Of a stretch of DNA of 64,000 nt, positions 47,347 through 56,872 are shown one piece after another. Within the stretch, counting starts at the first letter, position 1. Every line of letters starts with the position of its first letter. The notes below the pieces were generated by a model. It did no database searches, was not told the origin of the DNA, and saw only the letters and a list, made by a program, of their open reading frames with translations. The DNA is taken from IMG/VR virus record IMGVR_UViG_3300005099_000475, positions 6,274-70,273 of that record. One strand, given 5' to 3'. The DNA is from a virus. The position numbers and the translations under genes are program-made.

Positions 47347-50073
47347 TTATGTCTCCAAAATCAGCTGTCTTACGGTTTTCGCGTTATTCCCGATATGGTT
47401 TATAATGATTTGTTCGCCAGCAGAACTTGCCAAGGCTCTTGCCAAGGTTTCTTCGTCGATAACGTTGATTTGAGTCAAGTTAACTTGCACTTTCTCTTTT
47501 CCTTTTATTTCAAGAGGAATTTTACCTTTCTTTAATGGAATAACGGCTTCGGGACCACCCTCGCCGAGAAAACCGAATGTCGGTTTGTTTACTAAACCTC
47601 CGTATTGGAATCTTTTTATTGGATAGAACGTTCCGGGTAAAATACCGCCTTCCGCCTTGCCGAAAATCTTTCCTATCAAACCCGTAAACCAACCGCCGAA
47701 ACCGCCGGCCCCGAATATTTTTGTACTCAAGGTTTGAGCCAAAAGTCTTGCCATTTGCTTCTGGATTATTTCGACAATTCTCCCCAACAAGTCTTCAAAA
47801 CTTTCCAACTTGCCCCTCATCACGTCGAAGAAGAAGTCGGAAAAAGCTTGTTGCATTTGTTGCGCGGCAGTTCTCGCGGCGGCAGTTACATCTGAAAAAG
47901 TAGAATTGGCTTGATTATAAAGTTCTTCGAACCGTTTCTTAAAAGCATCCAATTTATCAGGTGGAAGAAAGTCTTTGATTGTATCCAAAAGATTCTGCCA
48001 GCTTTGTCTTGTCATTTCGAGCTGCCGTCTTCCCTCAAAACCAAAGGCTCCTTGCTTTATTCGAATTTCAAATTTATCAAGAAAATTCTTCGCTCTTCTG
48101 GTATAACTTTCAATTTTTTTCTCTTGTGAAGCTATCAGATTGGGAAGGAAATCAAGATAACGTTTATATTCATCCGGTTTCAAAACCTCCTTAAGAATTG
48201 AAAGTAATTTTTGTATTCTTTTTCTATAATCGGCAATAGTTTCTTCGTCAACGAAACCTTTTCTGAAGTGGTTTCGAATCTCCTCCATTAAAGCTTTAAG
48301 CTGAGGAATATATTTTTCTCTTAATGGTTTGACAACAGTTAATTCTCTTATCTGTTCTTGCAAATATTTAATGACTTCTGGAATTTCACTTCTAATTCGT
48401 TTAAATTCTGGCAACAGCTTCACTTTTATTCCCAAGGCCATCCTTTTTAAATCTTTTGAACCCTTAGCTTCTGCTATTCTAAGCAAAGTATGATACTTTT
48501 CGGTCCAATCCTTTGTTAATTGTTCCAATTGATCATAATAATCTTGATAAGTTTTTATTTGTTCTCGGTAAACTTCTTCAGGATGAATTTTAGAATAAAT
48601 CCTTTCTATTTCAGGAGCAATTTGAGTATCAACTAATCTTTTGACTTTTCTTGCTTTCTCAGCCAAATCAGAAATGTAATCAGTCCAACTTTTATCTAAA
48701 TATTCTTTGCCTTTTTCGATACCTTTCTTAACTAAAGAAACAAACCAATCAAGAACATCTTCTCCCGAAATTTGTTCTTTAAATTGCTCGTTTGTTTTTA
48801 TTATTCCAGAGAGTAATTCATTGTAAGCTTCGAACCTTTCTTTAAATGGAATTTCAGGAATTTTGGTTAATAAATGTTTACCAATTGCATAAGGAGCAGT
48901 AATACCTAATAATCCTAAACCCATAACTGGATGCCCAGAAAATAGAAGGAAAAGTCCTGCAATTGATGTCAAAACAGATTTGCTCGGAATAGGTTTTATC
49001 AATAAATTATAAATTTTGTTTATCAAAGAAGAAACTATTTTTAATCCTTTGATTGTTGTGTCAATATAAGTTGTTAAATCTTTTAGGAAAGTCTTCACAG
49101 TTTCTTGAAGTTGCTTTCCTTTTTCTGTTAATCTTCCAGTAAATCTCCCAGTTAACTTATCTACTTCAACAAATTGAGCTATAAAATCTTTAATTGCTTG
49201 AATCCAGTATTTGTAAAACGGTTCAAATGCAGGTCTCAAAACGAATTCTGTAACTGACCTTAATGTAGTCTTCAATCCTTGCCAAGTATTAAGCATTTCC
49301 TTACCACCAAGGACAAATCCAGGAAGCAAATCAGAAAGATGTAGCCATAACTCTCCTTGTTGTGCCCACAGTCTAATCTGCTCTTTTAATTCTGGATTAG
49401 TTTGAACAATTAAACGATACAATTCGGAATATTGAGTTCCAACACCAGTCATCATAGCACGAACTTCTTGCATAAGTTGGAGATTAACTCTTTGCCCTCG
49501 AGTTAAAATTGCAATTGCGTTAGCTAAAGCAACGACGCCTTCTCTTGCTTTTTTAGAAGTTAAATCTAATCGTTGTCCATAAACTGCCATAATCTCATAT
49601 AATCTTGTTACTTGCTGAGTCGTAAGGGGAGTTTCAGCCGAAATTAACAACAGTTGTTTATATAACTCTCCAGCTCTTTCTTTCGCTCTTTGATAATAAG
49701 CTTCAATTTCTTCTCTCGGCAAGAATGCCGCAACTTGAGTCGTCTTCAAAGCGGCGATTTCAATTAGAGTCATCCGATACCGATCCACCATTTCCACCAT
49801 GCCACGAATGCCGTCTGAAACAGCTCGAATAATTCGCATGAATCCACGATAGACTATTTCAGCTCTTACTACGGTCCAAACCAACTTTTTAAAGGTAGAT
49901 TCAGCGGGACGTCCATGAGTTGCAACATTCTTAAGTTGCTTACTCAATTCTTCCATACTTTGAGCGGTTCTTTTAGAGTAATCAGTTAGCTGCTGAATGT
50001 GTTGATTAAAGTCTTCAAGGACTCTTGTATATTTATCTACGGCTTCTATTATGATCCTAAGCCTTTCTTCCAT
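47347..50073 (-). CDS. tape measure protein
   Basis: 908-aa helical protein, IIIEAVD start, C-terminal AEGGI...GEGGPEAVIPL. Confidence 0.9.
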   Translation of the reverse strand: MEERLRIIIEAVDKYTRVLEDFNQHIQQLTDYSKRTAQSMEELSKQLKNVATHGRPAESTFKKLVWTVVRAEIVYRGFMRIIRAVSDGIRGMVEMVDRYRMTLIEIAALKTTQVAAFLPREEIEAYYQRAKERAGELYKQLLLISAETPLTTQQVTRLYEIMAVYGQRLDLTSKKAREGVVALANAIAILTRGQRVNLQLMQEVRAMMTGVGTQYSELYRLIVQTNPELKEQIRLWAQQGELWLHLSDLLPGFVLGGKEMLNTWQGLKTTLRSVTEFVLRPAFEPFYKYWIQAIKDFIAQFVEVDKLTGRFTGRLTEKGKQLQETVKTFLKDLTTYIDTTIKGLKIVSSLINKIYNLLIKPIPSKSVLTSIAGLFLLFSGHPVMGLGLLGITAPYAIGKHLLTKIPEIPFKERFEAYNELLSGIIKTNEQFKEQISGEDVLDWFVSLVKKGIEKGKEYLDKSWTDYISDLAEKARKVKRLVDTQIAPEIERIYSKIHPEEVYREQIKTYQDYYDQLEQLTKDWTEKYHTLLRIAEAKGSKDLKRMALGIKVKLLPEFKRIRSEIPEVIKYLQEQIRELTVVKPLREKYIPQLKALMEEIRNHFRKGFVDEETIADYRKRIQKLLSILKEVLKPDEYKRYLDFLPNLIASQEKKIESYTRRAKNFLDKFEIRIKQGAFGFEGRRQLEMTRQSWQNLLDTIKDFLPPDKLDAFKKRFEELYNQANSTFSDVTAAARTAAQQMQQAFSDFFFDVMRGKLESFEDLLGRIVEIIQKQMARLLAQTLSTKIFGAGGFGGWFTGLIGKIFGKAEGGILPGTFYPIKRFQYGGLVNKPTFGFLGEGGPEAVIPLKKGKIPLEIKGKEKVQVNLTQINVIDEETLARALASSAGEQIIINHIGNNAKTVRQLILET

Positions 50074-50074
50074 T

Positions 50075-50425
50075 TTACAATGTCTCTAAGAATTTTCTTT
50101 CCTCTTTACCGTAAAATCCCATTTCACTATGGAGAACGTTCAGACATTCGCAAATCAAATTTGGCATTTCCAAGTATCCCAAATTTGCGTAAGGTGGGAT
50201 CCCACAATCGAAAGCTTTTTTCAATTCAAAGAATATCAATAAATGTTGATGTTGAATTATATATCCTAAAGGGCAAACGTCAAAATTTTCTTCCGGCAAA
50301 TAAATCGTTCCCTCGACCCAGTCGGACTTGTCGATAAATGGACAATGTCGAACTTTTTTTGCTTCTTCATTGCAGTTTCTACAATCAAATTTCTTAGGTA
50401 ATTCTTTTTCATATAATTTCGCCAT
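50075..50425 (-). CDS. tail assembly chaperone, second frame (gpT-like)
   Basis: Between the first chaperone and TMP; reachable by a -1 slip at A AAA AAT (50452-50446). Confidence 0.7.
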   Translation of the reverse strand: MAKLYEKELPKKFDCRNCNEEAKKVRHCPFIDKSDWVEGTIYLPEENFDVCPLGYIIQHQHLLIFFELKKAFDCGIPPYANLGYLEMPNLICECLNVLHSEMGFYGKEERKFLETL

Positions 50426-50763
50426 TATCCTGAGCGGTCTGAAAAATTTTTTTCCGCCGCTTTCCCGATTCCAGAAAGGTTCAAAATTGTGTCGAGAATT
50501 TCAAAATAAACATCCGCGGAACTTTCTTTTACCGCTTGTCTTGCAATGTCGTCCTTAATAGCACATTCTAACAAATAATTTTCCCATGCGAGAAGTTTGT
50601 CTTCCGCTACTGGATTACCTGATTTAATTTGAGAATCGATTTCGCTCGCCCATCTCATCGCTTTTTGCGCTTCTTCTCTCGTCAGACCTCTGATCTTGAA
50701 TCTTAAATTTCTGTCCGCGAAATATACTTCTTCTTCCGTTATGGTTTTTTGGAATTCCAACAT
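50425..50763 (-). CDS. tail assembly chaperone (gpG-like)
   Basis: Follows tail tube gene; ends EKNF with a slippery heptamer. Confidence 0.75.
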   Translation of the reverse strand: MLEFQKTITEEEVYFADRNLRFKIRGLTREEAQKAMRWASEIDSQIKSGNPVAEDKLLAWENYLLECAIKDDIARQAVKESSADVYFEILDTILNLSGIGKAAEKNFSDRSG

Positions 50764-50781
50764 AATCGACTCCTTTCAAAT

Positions 50782-50806
50782 GGGAGGGCTTAGAGTCAGC
50801 CCTCCC
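50782..50806 (-). terminator. stem-loop after tail tube gene
   Basis: GGGAGGGCT/AGCCCTCCC 9-bp stem; weak U tract. Confidence 0.6.
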
Positions 50807-50817
50807 TGGAGTTTTCA

Positions 50818-51807
50818 TTATTCGAATTTAATTTCGATTTCGTCGTTGCCCGAATCTTCAGTAAGCTTAACGGGCAACTCGTAAGTGGCGATGCCGTCGC
50901 GATCGCCATAAACATAATCTGTCAATTGCACCTTGGGCGCGGTTATCGTTATTTTGTTTCCCGAATCGGAGCCAACGGGCCCGATAACCATCTGAGCGGT
51001 CGTTCCGTTCTTAAACTTCTGCCAGAAATTGTAATCATTCAAAAGAACCGCTTCCGGGTCAATGGTTCCAGTTATCTCTCGACTTGTAATCATTGTGCCT
51101 TTTAGACCGTCTGCCTCGGAGGCACATTTTCTTAAAGCTACCGTATTCCCCCCATCTATCGTCACGTGAGTGATGCAAAATCCCGTTTCGCCGTCGAAGT
51201 TGAATGTGGCGTTCTGAAACACGAGCGGAAGAGTGGTGTCGTAAGTAAGAGAAGGCATATTAACCACCGTCGGATCGGAATGAAGTTTCCCGGTAAAGGT
51301 GAACGTGACTTTCATGAAGTCACCCACTGCCAAGTCCATCGAATAAGTTCCGCAAGCCCCGCAAATGACGTACTTGTGAACGTCTGTGCCCGCCGCCGCG
51401 AAATAGACTTCGAAAGCTATCGACTTGGCGTCGTCGCCCACCAAACCGGAATTCGGGGTATATTTGTAAGCCGTGATCGGGGTTCCGGAACCGGAATCCA
51501 CGGCCGTTTTCGTATAATTGCAGGCTTCGAACAACCTTCCGATTCTCGGTTCGGCCACGTCGTCGCCGCTCATTCCTGAACCCCTCAATTCGCAAGTGAA
51601 TTCGAGCACGCAATGGACATTCGCAACTACGTCGGTCAGAGCTCCTATTGTCGGTCTCAAAGTGTCCCTCGTGACTCTCGAAGATGGAAAAGTCAACCTT
51701 GCGTCAGAAACCAAAATCGCGTCGGTGGAATTGTCAAAAGTGGGGGGAGTTCCGTAAGTCTCTTCCAATTTCGCGAGTATTCCGACTTTCCGACTGAGAC
51801 GAGGCAT
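50818..51807 (-). CDS. major tail tube protein
   Basis: AKLEETYG, ELRGSG, REITGTIDPE, PKVQ...GDRDGI. Confidence 0.85.
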   Translation of the reverse strand: MPRLSRKVGILAKLEETYGTPPTFDNSTDAILVSDARLTFPSSRVTRDTLRPTIGALTDVVANVHCVLEFTCELRGSGMSGDDVAEPRIGRLFEACNYTKTAVDSGSGTPITAYKYTPNSGLVGDDAKSIAFEVYFAAAGTDVHKYVICGACGTYSMDLAVGDFMKVTFTFTGKLHSDPTVVNMPSLTYDTTLPLVFQNATFNFDGETGFCITHVTIDGGNTVALRKCASEADGLKGTMITSREITGTIDPEAVLLNDYNFWQKFKNGTTAQMVIGPVGSDSGNKITITAPKVQLTDYVYGDRDGIATYELPVKLTEDSGNDEIEIKFE

Positions 51808-51818
51808 TTGTTTCCCTC

Positions 51819-52256
51819 CTATCTATTCAATTCCAATCTACTGTAAACCGTGGCCACGCTTACGTCGCACATGGCGTAAGGGGCCAGCCATCCTTCGTCC
51901 GTTTCTACGGAATCTATATATATCGGCAAAATTACATTCCCTCCCAAAAACAGATCTTCTTCGAGTAAACGGGTTATCGAATCTATCACTTTATTTAGGT
52001 CCGAACTGACATGCTCTTCGTCATAAACAACGACCCTAAGTATTACATTAAAATGGTGTAATACTCTTTTTCCTTCATAAGTTCTTCTTTCCGTTCCGTC
52101 GACGACGTGAATCGCCGGCAACTCGAACGGTTCGTACAAATCGTACGGTTTGTATTGTCTCGTGGAAGTCCTTATCGTAATCGGGTAACCGTTGTCTTCG
52201 GTTATTTCCAAAACTTTGTCCTTCAAATAATTAAGTATGTTTTCCCTTTCTTCCAT
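51819..52256 (-). CDS. tail terminator (gpU-like)
   Basis: Position; LPAIHV and DLFLGG motifs. Confidence 0.7.
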   Translation of the reverse strand: MEERENILNYLKDKVLEITEDNGYPITIRTSTRQYKPYDLYEPFELPAIHVVDGTERRTYEGKRVLHHFNVILRVVVYDEEHVSSDLNKVIDSITRLLEEDLFLGGNVILPIYIDSVETDEGWLAPYAMCDVSVATVYSRLELNR

Positions 52257-52812
52257 AATTTATAACTTTCCTTGCGAAACCTTTGAAAGAATTCATTATT
52301 TTTCTTTTTCTTTTCCTAATAGCAGTAGAAGCGTATTTGCGAGCCGGCATTCTGACTTGGGTCTTCAAAACATAAAGTGGAATGTTTCCTTGTCTCAAAA
52401 ATAGAACATTTCCTGCGCGATAGAACAATCTGGGATTAAGTCTCGGAGATGGATAATTGTTCAGTGGAATTCCGGTTGGCAAAGGAACGGTAAGAAACTT
52501 TTTACTTTTCGGTCTGATTGTTCCGCCAGCTTCGTGAATTGCCGCGTAATCAGCGGAAGACGAAATCTTAGCATACATTCGCTTTTGAGTCACATAAACT
52601 CTTTTCTTAAACGAACGAGCCAACTTACCTGTATAAAAATAGTTGTATCCGTGTTTAGTTGTGTTTCTTAAATCAGTCTTTATTCTGTCGATAATCGCTT
52701 TATGTAAAATGTTCGAAGCTCTCCTTAAATCCTGACGAATAATGTCTTTTGCAATCTGGGAATCTATATATCTCAATTCAGTCGGAATCTCTAATTTAAT
52801 TTGGTAAGGCAT
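52231..52812 (-). CDS. HK97 gp10/Mu gpG-like neck protein
   Basis: TGKLARS, YAAIHEAGG, MPARKY. Confidence 0.8.
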   Translation of the reverse strand: MPYQIKLEIPTELRYIDSQIAKDIIRQDLRRASNILHKAIIDRIKTDLRNTTKHGYNYFYTGKLARSFKKRVYVTQKRMYAKISSSADYAAIHEAGGTIRPKSKKFLTVPLPTGIPLNNYPSPRLNPRLFYRAGNVLFLRQGNIPLYVLKTQVRMPARKYASTAIRKRKRKIMNSFKGFARKVINYGRKGKHT

Positions 52813-53371
52813 ATCTGGTCAATACCAATTTATGTTGGGGTAAAAGGTCGTTTTCCCTAAAAATCACGCTTCCGCCTTGAACATTTCGGGAAACGACATC
52901 TAATTCCTTTTTCTTTATCCTGTCGTATTTGACAAGAACCATTTCAATGGCGACCTGTTTCAAATCTTTCGGAACATTCTCCGATTCCCAGCCAGCTTCA
53001 TAATCGACTTTCACACAATACGGCTTTGAAGGAAAATTTCCACTTTCATAAATGACTATACCCTTCTCCAAATTCACGAAATAATCGTCGGAATCGATCA
53101 AAGTAGACGAATCAAACTCTCGTGAGGTGTCGATCCACAAATTGTTTATTTGGACTATCGGAATGTGTTTCAGAAAAATCATATTCCCGCCGTAGGTTTC
53201 GGGATATTCGACGTAGTTCGCTTTCACGAATTTCCGATTGCAATAAGTTTCGATCATTGAACAAACAGAGGAAATCAACGATTCGATAAGGTTCTGATCA
53301 TCAGTACCGATTTTAGCAGGATCTTCGGTCAATTGGTATTTAACTTCGTCGAACGTTATAAAATTCGCCAT
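52796..53371 (-). CDS. head-tail connector (adaptor)
   Basis: ITFDEVK, IETYCNRKF, YEAGW...VPKDLKQ. Confidence 0.85.
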   Translation of the reverse strand: MANFITFDEVKYQLTEDPAKIGTDDQNLIESLISSVCSMIETYCNRKFVKANYVEYPETYGGNMIFLKHIPIVQINNLWIDTSREFDSSTLIDSDDYFVNLEKGIVIYESGNFPSKPYCVKVDYEAGWESENVPKDLKQVAIEMVLVKYDRIKKKELDVVSRNVQGGSVIFRENDLLPQHKLVLTRYALPN

Positions 53372-53373
53372 CT

Positions 53374-53592
53374 TTACGTTTTCTTAAACGTAATACTTTT
53401 CGGAATTTTTTTGGTTTCTATTTTTTCACTCAGATTTTTCTCTTTGGTTTCTGCCACTTTTTTAAACCATTTGGGAAAGGTATTCAGAAGATATTCGGCG
53501 TCTTCGGGTTTCAAATCTAAAACATCACCTTTCCGACAAGTTATCCCTCTGTCTACATTGGTGTAATAATCCGTCAAACACTCAACTTTCAT
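53374..53592 (-). CDS. small head-associated protein
   Basis: Directly after MCP; AAGGAG RBS. Confidence 0.65.
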   Translation of the reverse strand: MKVECLTDYYTNVDRGITCRKGDVLDLKPEDAEYLLNTFPKWFKKVAETKEKNLSEKIETKKIPKSITFKKT

Positions 53593-53605
53593 GTTTTTCT
53601 CCTTG

Positions 53606-53634
53606 GAGAGGGAGGGTCTTAAACCCTCCCTCTC
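53606..53634 (-). terminator. stem-loop after major capsid gene
   Basis: GAGAGGGAGGGT/ACCCTCCCTCTC 12-bp stem, 5-nt loop, no U tract. Confidence 0.65.
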
Positions 53635-53643
53635 AGTTTATTT

Positions 53644-54981
53644 TTACGGCTTTATGTTGTAAACCAATGCGAGGACCTCTTTGTCTTCAAACGGGGAACC
53701 GAAAGCCATTCTGGTAGTGGCGACTACGATCTGCTGATCGGTCTCGATGTCGGCACCGGTCTTGATGGTGAGTTCCCTTCTGTTCCCCAGGTAGAACATT
53801 CCTTTGTGAACGATAATCAAAAGGGTTCTGTCCTGATTTGCTCCAGAGCTGTCGTCATAAACTCCGCTTTCGTTGAGGTCCTCCCTTACGTATTCGGATA
53901 CGATGATTGGAGATCCGGCAAGTTTTCCAAGCTCGCCATTCAAGATGGTGGCAGAAGATCCATACTTATCGACAGTGGTTACAACCCTATTTCCGGAGGC
54001 ATCTTTCAGATCGATGAGGTTTTTGAGATAACAAGTGATGGAAGTGACATAAACAAGATCATCGGGATTGAGGCCATACTTCTTCATTTTGGCCCTGGCT
54101 TCGACCACTTCTCCCCAAGTGAGGGCATTCCCTCCACCATCCACTTTGCAGGCGGAGAGACAAAGTTTCCTATATCCGTTCCAAGCCTTCCTTGCATCAT
54201 TGCTGGAAGTGACGTTGGCATCCATGTGATTTGCAGCAGTGTCGCCGTTGATGATGGCGTCTTCGATTGCAGAAGCCACGGCCTCGACGATTTTCTTCCT
54301 CACAACATTGATTATGGGAACGATTGAATCTTCATTCAATTCCTCACTGAACCTGACCCTTGTGGCGAGCTTTTTGGCCGAAAGAGTGAATGCTCCAGTA
54401 GAAGGGGAAGTAGCAGGAATCTTGTCGCTTGCTTGACCAGTATCGGATTGGGATTCAGGAACCAAATAAGCTTTCGCGTCGGCATAAGTGATGGGGAACT
54501 TGTACACAGAATCGGGCATAGGTATTATCTCGTGTATGGCAGCCACTTTCAAAGCGGCTTTGATTTCCTCGAACATTCTGGGGGAATAACCGACAGGAAC
54601 GAAATCGCCGCCATGTCCAGCCGCTTCGTAAAGGGCTTTCATTTCCTCCGGATAAAAGTCCTTGTAATACTGGTAAAGCTTCGTCTCGTTGGGATTCACA
54701 TTGAGAATTTGGCTGCAAAGAACGAGATTGTCATTTATCTCCTGAATCCTGTCTTCGAATTCGTCGATCGCCTTTCTTTTTAGGATGTTGGGGTGAACAA
54801 TCTTGGTATCACTCTGTGGAAGTGTCTTTCTCTCGGCTTCGAGTTTCTCGAGTTTGGACTGAATTTCCTGAATTGCCTTTTCGAGAACTTCCTGCTTCTC
54901 GCTTGAAGAATCAGCTTTCTCCTTCAAAGCGGTAATGGCATCGTGAAGTTCTTTCTTAAGTTCTTCCAAACTGTGACCCAT
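53644..54981 (-). CDS. HK97-fold major capsid protein
   Basis: N-terminal coiled-coil delta domain, GGDFVP, FSEELNEDS, AIINGD. Confidence 0.92.
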   Translation of the reverse strand: MGHSLEELKKELHDAITALKEKADSSSEKQEVLEKAIQEIQSKLEKLEAERKTLPQSDTKIVHPNILKRKAIDEFEDRIQEINDNLVLCSQILNVNPNETKLYQYYKDFYPEEMKALYEAAGHGGDFVPVGYSPRMFEEIKAALKVAAIHEIIPMPDSVYKFPITYADAKAYLVPESQSDTGQASDKIPATSPSTGAFTLSAKKLATRVRFSEELNEDSIVPIINVVRKKIVEAVASAIEDAIINGDTAANHMDANVTSSNDARKAWNGYRKLCLSACKVDGGGNALTWGEVVEARAKMKKYGLNPDDLVYVTSITCYLKNLIDLKDASGNRVVTTVDKYGSSATILNGELGKLAGSPIIVSEYVREDLNESGVYDDSSGANQDRTLLIIVHKGMFYLGNRRELTIKTGADIETDQQIVVATTRMAFGSPFEDKEVLALVYNIKP

Positions 54982-54993
54982 TTTCTTTCCTCC

Positions 54994-56133
54994 TTAAGAC
55001 TTGACTATTTCGATTAGTTCTTTGAGGAAGCTCTTTACTTCCTCTTCGGACTCGGCCTCTTTATCCTTCTGAGACCGGAATTCGGAAATTGTTTTTTCAA
55101 TGGACTCAATTTTGCTGAAATATTCGTTCAGTTTTTTCTGCATTTCAGCAAACTTCTCATTCCAAAGCTCGATGTCGTTGTCCATCAATTCGATCAGCTC
55201 AAATGGGAAGAATGTTTCGTCTTTGCGATTCCAAGGGGCCTCCTCGCCCATTTTTCTGTAATAAATCTCGACTTTCTTCATCACGCCCGGTCTGTCTTTT
55301 TCGGGAATTTTGACTCCTCTTCTCCCACCTTGAAGAACAACCGCAACTGCGAAAATAGCTCTTGGAATGGCGTACACTTTCCCGTTAATTACATCGCAGA
55401 AAAGAAGTTTATATGAGGTAAACTGATCCGGCGCATTTTCGTCATACCAGAAATGGACGCTTTGATATTTTTTCCAATCCATCTTATCCGGATCACCGGA
55501 ACCATCGCTCGAAGCCCACTTCCGAATTCTCGCATCGGCAGCGCGATCATCCCATGATCGACGCCTGTCGGCCAACGGCCAAGTGGTTTTTCCAGAAACT
55601 TTTTTCTCCTCCATGTTTTGTTCCTCCTCGGTCAAAGGCTTCACAGCAATCGATTTTCCGTCGAATTCAAAGACGGCTTCCTGACAAGCGGGAACGTCAA
55701 CCAAAGAAACTTCGAGCAAATCAAGATTTTTTATTATTCTTATTTCCTTGTCATCCTTGTCTTCGTATTCGGTTTCCAACGGAATGAAACCAATCGAGAA
55801 AAACCTGAGGACGTCCTCTTTTACCATTCGACGAGCTTTATCCGCCTCGTCGAATCCTTTAGCTATCGATGCTTCGACCCAAACTCCATCTGATTGAATT
55901 TCAAGGGTCTCAAGACGCCCAATAGGAAACGAATGATTCAATCTCAAAGAAGGAGCGAGTTTCGGATTTTCCCTAAATCTTTTCACCGATTCGAGAAAAG
56001 CGGTCGGAAGAACGATATCGTTTACCCTGTCGACAATCGCTTTCGAAGCCCAGCCCTTAACAATAAATTTGTCTCCCCTTTCTTCATAAGATTTAACTTC
56101 GTACGATTTAAGCAGTCCTTTTTTCTTTTCCAT
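54994..56133 (-). CDS. HK97-family prohead protease with C-terminal extra domain
   Basis: DRVNDIV, NH..PIG, FSIGF, LLEVSLVDVPA. Confidence 0.92.
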   Translation of the reverse strand: MEKKKGLLKSYEVKSYEERGDKFIVKGWASKAIVDRVNDIVLPTAFLESVKRFRENPKLAPSLRLNHSFPIGRLETLEIQSDGVWVEASIAKGFDEADKARRMVKEDVLRFFSIGFIPLETEYEDKDDKEIRIIKNLDLLEVSLVDVPACQEAVFEFDGKSIAVKPLTEEEQNMEEKKVSGKTTWPLADRRRSWDDRAADARIRKWASSDGSGDPDKMDWKKYQSVHFWYDENAPDQFTSYKLLFCDVINGKVYAIPRAIFAVAVVLQGGRRGVKIPEKDRPGVMKKVEIYYRKMGEEAPWNRKDETFFPFELIELMDNDIELWNEKFAEMQKKLNEYFSKIESIEKTISEFRSQKDKEAESEEEVKSFLKELIEIVKS

Positions 56134-56872
56134 TAGACGACTCCTTAACGGCAAAAATCACCGTTTTGCCCGCAAAAACATAATCTTTCGCTTCGACTTT
56201 TGGCAAAAGCTCAAAAGGCTTGTTTTGAGGAACAATTAACAAGCCGTAACTTCCCCAACAAACGAATTGCATTCTTTGTCCTTGATGAAAGACGTCCCCT
56301 TCGCGACAAAAATCCAGCAAGGCGTCGACGTCTTTGTCGGCGACCGAAACCACAACGACATCCAATCCGTTCAAAAAGTCATATATTTCATAAATCTTCG
56401 TCTCGTTCCGATAAGCGAATTTGAAACTGTCCGCTTCGATCTTATTTTTCAGAAGTCCCGCTTCAGCAGCTATCATAGAATCGTTGGCCGTGAGAAGAGA
56501 TGGAAGCCAATCTATTCTTCTTAAATATCCAGTAACTGGAAACCGCCCCAAATGAACCGAAAAAGCAGTAAGAAAGATTCCGCAAACATAACATTTACAT
56601 TGAAGTTCTCTATCGAGAATTTCATTTATAGTGTATTTTCCACCCTTAACATCGAACATATCTTCTGTCGGGTCATAAAGTCCAATGTGAGTTACAATTC
56701 CATCAAAAGGAGCGTATATCCAATTAGGTTTTTGATAAGCGACCCTAATTGGCATTCGATTAAACCAAACTTCAACGAATTCTCTTGTGGAAACAGAATT
56801 CAGCTTCTTAAAATCTTCAGTTTTCTTCCACTCAGATATAGTTAAAGGTTCCCAAAAGTTTTTACTTACCAT
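56108..56872 (-). CDS. phosphatidylserine decarboxylase-family pyruvoyl enzyme (no obvious TM anchor)
   Basis: WFNRMPIR, YAPFDG, IFLTAFSVHLGRFPVTG, RNE and QGQRM..VCWGS (G-S self-cleavage site). Confidence 0.82.
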   Translation of the reverse strand: MVSKNFWEPLTISEWKKTEDFKKLNSVSTREFVEVWFNRMPIRVAYQKPNWIYAPFDGIVTHIGLYDPTEDMFDVKGGKYTINEILDRELQCKCYVCGIFLTAFSVHLGRFPVTGYLRRIDWLPSLLTANDSMIAAEAGLLKNKIEADSFKFAYRNETKIYEIYDFLNGLDVVVVSVADKDVDALLDFCREGDVFHQGQRMQFVCWGSYGLLIVPQNKPFELLPKVEAKDYVFAGKTVIFAVKESSNGKEKRTA

